In this document: positions 60,724 through 64,000 of the stretch, in pieces
Layout of the letters: every line of letters begins with the position of its first letter
Position numbering within the stretch: the stretch's first letter is position 1
Source of the DNA: a virus
Lineage: Duplodnaviria > Heunggongvirae > Uroviricota > Caudoviricetes
IMG/VR virus record: IMGVR_UViG_3300010354_007935
Span: 46,284 to 110,283 of that record
Length of the DNA stretch: 64,000 nucleotides
Strand: one strand, 5' to 3'
Notes under the pieces: model-generated
What the model was told of the DNA's origin: nothing
Seen by the model: the letters and a program-made list of their open reading frames with translations, nothing else
The model's database searches: none
Made by a program: the position numbers and the translations under genes

Positions 60724-61615
60724 TTTGATAAAATCTTTTAGTAATTGCTCCTGGGGTTTTAATAAAATTTATAATTTCATCGTAGGGGATTATAACTGCC
60801 TTATGTCTAAATTTTTTATTTCCGTGCAGATATTCAATAGGTTCAAACCCTGCATACTTAGGAAAATATGTTAATTCGTCGCCCCAATATTTTCCGTAGA
60901 GCAAAGGCTTAATGTAGTAATCCCATCTATCAACAGTTTTTAAATATTTGTTTGGATGTGTTACACCGTTACCGTCAAAGTATCTGGCGCTCATTAATGC
61001 CGCTTTAAAAATGTCATCACCAATAATACTAAGCAAAAACTCTTCTGTATTTCCATAAAAGATGTTTGCACCTTTTCGATTCAAACTTTCAAACGCCCGG
61101 GATCGTGTTATTTCTGGTAAGTAATACCCTTGCATGTAGCCAAATTTTTCATATCCGGGATACACATAGACAAACGGATCATGTACCATTTGTATAAAAT
61201 TATAGTCGTCGGGTAGCATGCTAAGAAATTTTCTTTGCAAAACATTGTTGCGGGAAGATATATCTAATTGATCAGAAATTTCAATAATCTCATCTTGACA
61301 AGCAAACGGGTCGATATCGATGATATATGTATTAAGACCGTATTTTTTATCAATCAGCTTTACTTGTTCTAGTTCATTATCATTATATCCAGGCAGGTGT
61401 AAGAATGCTGTCTCTAAAGGAATTCCTTGCGTGACAAAACTATGTATGACACTTTGACTATCAAGACCGCCACTATTTCCTAGCATAAACTTTCCGCCGT
61501 ATTGGTCAGCCAGGTCTCTAGCTCTGCGGTCAGACTCTTCACGCATATTACCAACTTCTCTGTTCCTAGAAGTCAGTTCGATAAAAAATTTGTCATCTTC
61601 AAATCCGTACTTCAT
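60701..61615 (-). CDS. PP-loop ATP pyrophosphatase family protein, paralogue 4
   Basis: 304 aa. KFMLGNSGGLDSQSVIHSF. Confidence 0.5.
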   Translation of the reverse strand: MKYGFEDDKFFIELTSRNREVGNMREESDRRARDLADQYGGKFMLGNSGGLDSQSVIHSFVTQGIPLETAFLHLPGYNDNELEQVKLIDKKYGLNTYIIDIDPFACQDEIIEISDQLDISSRNNVLQRKFLSMLPDDYNFIQMVHDPFVYVYPGYEKFGYMQGYYLPEITRSRAFESLNRKGANIFYGNTEEFLLSIIGDDIFKAALMSARYFDGNGVTHPNKYLKTVDRWDYYIKPLLYGKYWGDELTYFPKYAGFEPIEYLHGNKKFRHKAVIIPYDEIINFIKTPGAITKRFYQNVPLQPR

Positions 61616-62418
61616 TTATCAAACCATTCTCTGTAATGTTCTTTAGCTTCTTCTAAATGGGCGGATGGAAATCTAAACATTTGTTCTGCTTGTACTTTGT
61701 CTTGAGAAAACGCAGTTTCCCACATATCTGAATTAATTGCATAATCTTTTTCTGAACAGTCTTTGCTTTTGTATTTCCATACTGCTATACGGGTGTGGTC
61801 GATCGCACAAGTTACAAACAAATACCCAGCTTGCCATTCAATCATAGTAAACGGATATACAGCTATCCATCGAGCCACTATTGTATTAGATTTATCTGTA
61901 ACCGTTTGAACACTTCCCCAGTCTGTAAAGTCCCATTTAACATTAGCATCGCCTTCGATTCCTAGTAAGTCATATACTCCATTATGTACTACGGGTATAT
62001 GATCAACGTCTAAAAATATATCCATAACCACCCTAGGATCTGCATTGATACTATCAATCCTGAATTCATCTAAAAAAAGATTTTCAAACGACATATCGCC
62101 TAAAACTGTTAAGTCTATAGGGCTATCGAATAACAATCCTTTATACTCAAATACATCTTTAAAATGTAAGGGAACTTTATTACATACTTTGCTAGATCCT
62201 GAGTCATTTGGAGAACCATCAATTTTCCACGACCACCCGTGATACTGGCATCTTATTTCTGTTGTTGTTCCAGAAATAATTCGACTATTTTGATGAGGAC
62301 ATATATTACTACCTAACTTATATTTTCCGTTGTCATTGGTTAAAATACGATTGTGTTCTAATATATCTAATGATTTTGATTGTCCAGGTTGAAGGTCGGA
62401 TACGTGTCCTAGAAACAT
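61612..62418 (-). CDS. Rieske [2Fe-2S] domain protein (oxygenase alpha-subunit-like)
   Basis: 268 aa. CPHQNSRI...(15 aa)...CQYHGWSW (CxH...CxxH). Confidence 0.65.
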   Translation of the reverse strand: MFLGHVSDLQPGQSKSLDILEHNRILTNDNGKYKLGSNICPHQNSRIISGTTTEIRCQYHGWSWKIDGSPNDSGSSKVCNKVPLHFKDVFEYKGLLFDSPIDLTVLGDMSFENLFLDEFRIDSINADPRVVMDIFLDVDHIPVVHNGVYDLLGIEGDANVKWDFTDWGSVQTVTDKSNTIVARWIAVYPFTMIEWQAGYLFVTCAIDHTRIAVWKYKSKDCSEKDYAINSDMWETAFSQDKVQAEQMFRFPSAHLEEAKEHYREWFDK

Positions 62419-62454
62419 GAAGGCTCCTTTTTGAATATTTATATGGGCTAAAAA

Positions 62455-63375
62455 GTGTTAGATAAATATCTGATGACAACATCTATAATTAATTTCTATT
62501 ACGAACAAGAGCCAAAAAATTGTTCTTTCTACAGCGTATTTGTTGATATTACGCACAGATGTAACATGGAGTGCGCTAACTGCTACACACCAAATAGAGA
62601 TGTTCCAGACCTAGACCTTGATAAATTTTATCACGCACTTGCTCAGTTTCCTAAGAAAACAGAAATACGATTAATCGGTGGCGAGCCTACTGTACGTACC
62701 GATTTGATAGATATTGTAGCAAAGATTAAAGAATTAGGGCATCGCCCAACGATGATGACTAATGGGCTCATGCTAGCTCGACCCGGGTATGCAAGATCAT
62801 TAGTAGATGCAGGAATGCGTAGTATCTATATTAGTCTCAACGGTGCGGATGATGACGATGTGTACGAAGTAATGGACGGTGTTAGATGTGCAGATCGTAA
62901 GCTACTAGGATGGCAAGAATGCGTTAAAGCTAAAATGAATGTTAATGTTGGTGCTATTCTACAAAAAGGAGTTAACGACCATATTCCTGGAAGGCTTTTA
63001 GAACTATCTAACCAATATGGTGGGAACTCTATTATACGTTTCCGAAATGTAGGACAAGTTGGTCGTTATAGTTTAGAAAAAGATCAGAACTGGACATTTG
63101 GACAAATGGTGGGATTAGTATGCGATCAATTTAATAAAGATCCGTCATGGGCTGTGAAATGGAATCGCATCAATGGTTGTGATGAAAAAAATGTTATTTT
63201 CTTCCCTATGGATGAAACTAAGCGCATGAAAACCACTTGGGTAAAAATTACTGATTGGAGTCCCGCTTCAAGTAACTTCCCCGATCCTGGAAACAATCGT
63301 CGTGGTCGATTAACACAAGATTTTAAAGTTGCGCCGTTCTTTGAACATGTAAAGATATACGAAAATGTATATTAA
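62455..63375 (+). CDS. radical SAM enzyme
   Basis: 306 aa. DITHRCNMECANCYTP (CxxxCxxC), IRLIGGEPT, MMTNGLML. The start may be the ATG at 62473 rather than the GTG at 62455. Confidence 0.65.
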   Translation: MLDKYLMTTSIINFYYEQEPKNCSFYSVFVDITHRCNMECANCYTPNRDVPDLDLDKFYHALAQFPKKTEIRLIGGEPTVRTDLIDIVAKIKELGHRPTMMTNGLMLARPGYARSLVDAGMRSIYISLNGADDDDVYEVMDGVRCADRKLLGWQECVKAKMNVNVGAILQKGVNDHIPGRLLELSNQYGGNSIIRFRNVGQVGRYSLEKDQNWTFGQMVGLVCDQFNKDPSWAVKWNRINGCDEKNVIFFPMDETKRMKTTWVKITDWSPASSNFPDPGNNRRGRLTQDFKVAPFFEHVKIYENVY

Positions 63376-64000
63376 TAAATCGTGGGGAGATAGTATAGAT
63401 ACTATAAAACATTCGTTGCCATTAGACGAATGGTATTCCTCCCACCCAAAGTTACCGTATAATTATTTTAAACTTCCTGCACGATATAGTTTTGATTTAT
63501 CAGAAATGCGTGAGCATGTTGAATCTATGAACACGGTATCTATACAGGCAAGCTCTAACGGTAGACGATTTAGTAAGTACAGGGGTTTAGGATTCTTTGC
63601 TAGAGAGGAAAGCGATAGTCCTTTAGAAGATCACTTTGTTAGACGAGATGAGGAATATGGCCAAGTATTTCCGGACGACTTACACTTACAGGATCGTTTA
63701 CCGAAACTATACGAAGACGACTTCAGCAAGCCAACCGAAATACTTGATAGCTATTTTACAAAAGTATTTTCAGTATTCAATCAGCCAATAACCAAAGCTA
63801 GTGTATTAGAGCTTCGTGCTGGTGGGTGGCTAGGCAGTCACGTAGATTTCCCTTATTACAAAACTATACGCCTACACGCTAGCATCCGAGGTTGCAATAA
63901 TGCTTGGTATGAAATAGAAGGAGAGCGTTTTCAAATACCCGAAGACGGCCACTGGTATTTTATAGATACGGGAAAATATCACAGTATATGGAACGAAGGG
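63365..64000 (+). CDS. aspartyl/asparaginyl beta-hydroxylase-like 2OG-Fe(II) oxygenase, 3' partial (runs off window end)
   Basis: Manual translation MYINKSWGDSIDT...AGGWLGSHVDFPYYKTIRLHASIRGCNNAWYEIEGERFQIPEDGHWYFIDTGKYHSIWNEG. It follows the H.D...R.H...GE...W.FD....H..N pattern of the AspH family. Not in the ORF track because there is no stop. Overlaps the stop of the preceding gene. Confidence 0.45.
   Translation, partial: MYINKSWGDSIDTIKHSLPLDEWYSSHPKLPYNYFKLPARYSFDLSEMREHVESMNTVSIQASSNGRRFSKYRGLGFFAREESDSPLEDHFVRRDEEYGQVFPDDLHLQDRLPKLYEDDFSKPTEILDSYFTKVFSVFNQPITKASVLELRAGGWLGSHVDFPYYKTIRLHASIRGCNNAWYEIEGERFQIPEDGHWYFIDTGKYHSIWNEG

Noticed and set aside
62455-63375. Assigning the 306-aa radical SAM as QueE (partner of QueD)
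   Set aside because: The sequence lacks the QueE-specific CX14CX2C-type spacing and cofactor motifs I could recall. It is kept as a generic radical SAM.
1-64000. CRISPR array, transposase, insertion sequence or integrase search
   Set aside because: No short regularly spaced direct repeats separated by spacers were seen. The repeat periodicity seen (STTLTTG... ×4, dockerin repeats) is in-frame coding sequence. No DDE or tyrosine-recombinase motifs were noticed.

Overview
This window appears to come from a large tailed dsDNA phage; the family and any cyanophage-like affinity are inferences from gene content only. Genes are densely packed and almost all on the minus strand, with ATGA/TGA-ATG start-stop overlaps typical of translational coupling. 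Positions 1-15,196 carry three consecutive tail-fibre-like genes: a partial ORF of more than 1,300 aa that the ORF track misses because it runs off the window edge, an 89-aa N-terminal-motif protein, and a 3,607-aa giant repeat-rich protein. Positions 15.2-46.4 kb encode a run of host-like auxiliary functions. These include an A-type Fe-S carrier, Fe/Mn superoxide dismutase, UV-damage endonuclease, 2OG-Fe(II) oxygenase, QueD/PTPS, ATP-dependent DNA ligase and MazG-like protein. They also include a Bax-inhibitor-1/YccA homologue, ClpP, SPFH/band-7 lipoprotein, entericidin-like lipoprotein, metallophosphoesterase, HNH nuclease and translation initiation factor IF-1. Two unusual enzyme islands stand out. 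The first (22.2-30.2 kb) has four tandem radical-SAM enzymes, three with an unrecognised N-terminal Cys/His domain, flanked by SGNH-like hydrolase paralogues with a 'GCSxT' motif. The second (46.5 kb to the window end, about 17.5 kb) has 16 or more enzyme genes. These are a B12-binding radical SAM, four divergent PP-loop ATPase paralogues, a PurD-like ATP-grasp ligase, a membrane fatty-acid desaturase, GNAT, a third SGNH paralogue, two solute-binding-protein homologues, BKACE, SDR, an acyl-AMP ligase, a Rieske protein, another radical SAM and a partial AspH-like hydroxylase. I could not assign either island to a described pathway; they are the best candidates for an undescribed modification or biosynthetic system. 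A tRNA-like element, consensus sigma70-type promoters, two intrinsic terminators and a conserved 5'-UTR motif are also visible. No CRISPR array, integrase or transposase was seen.
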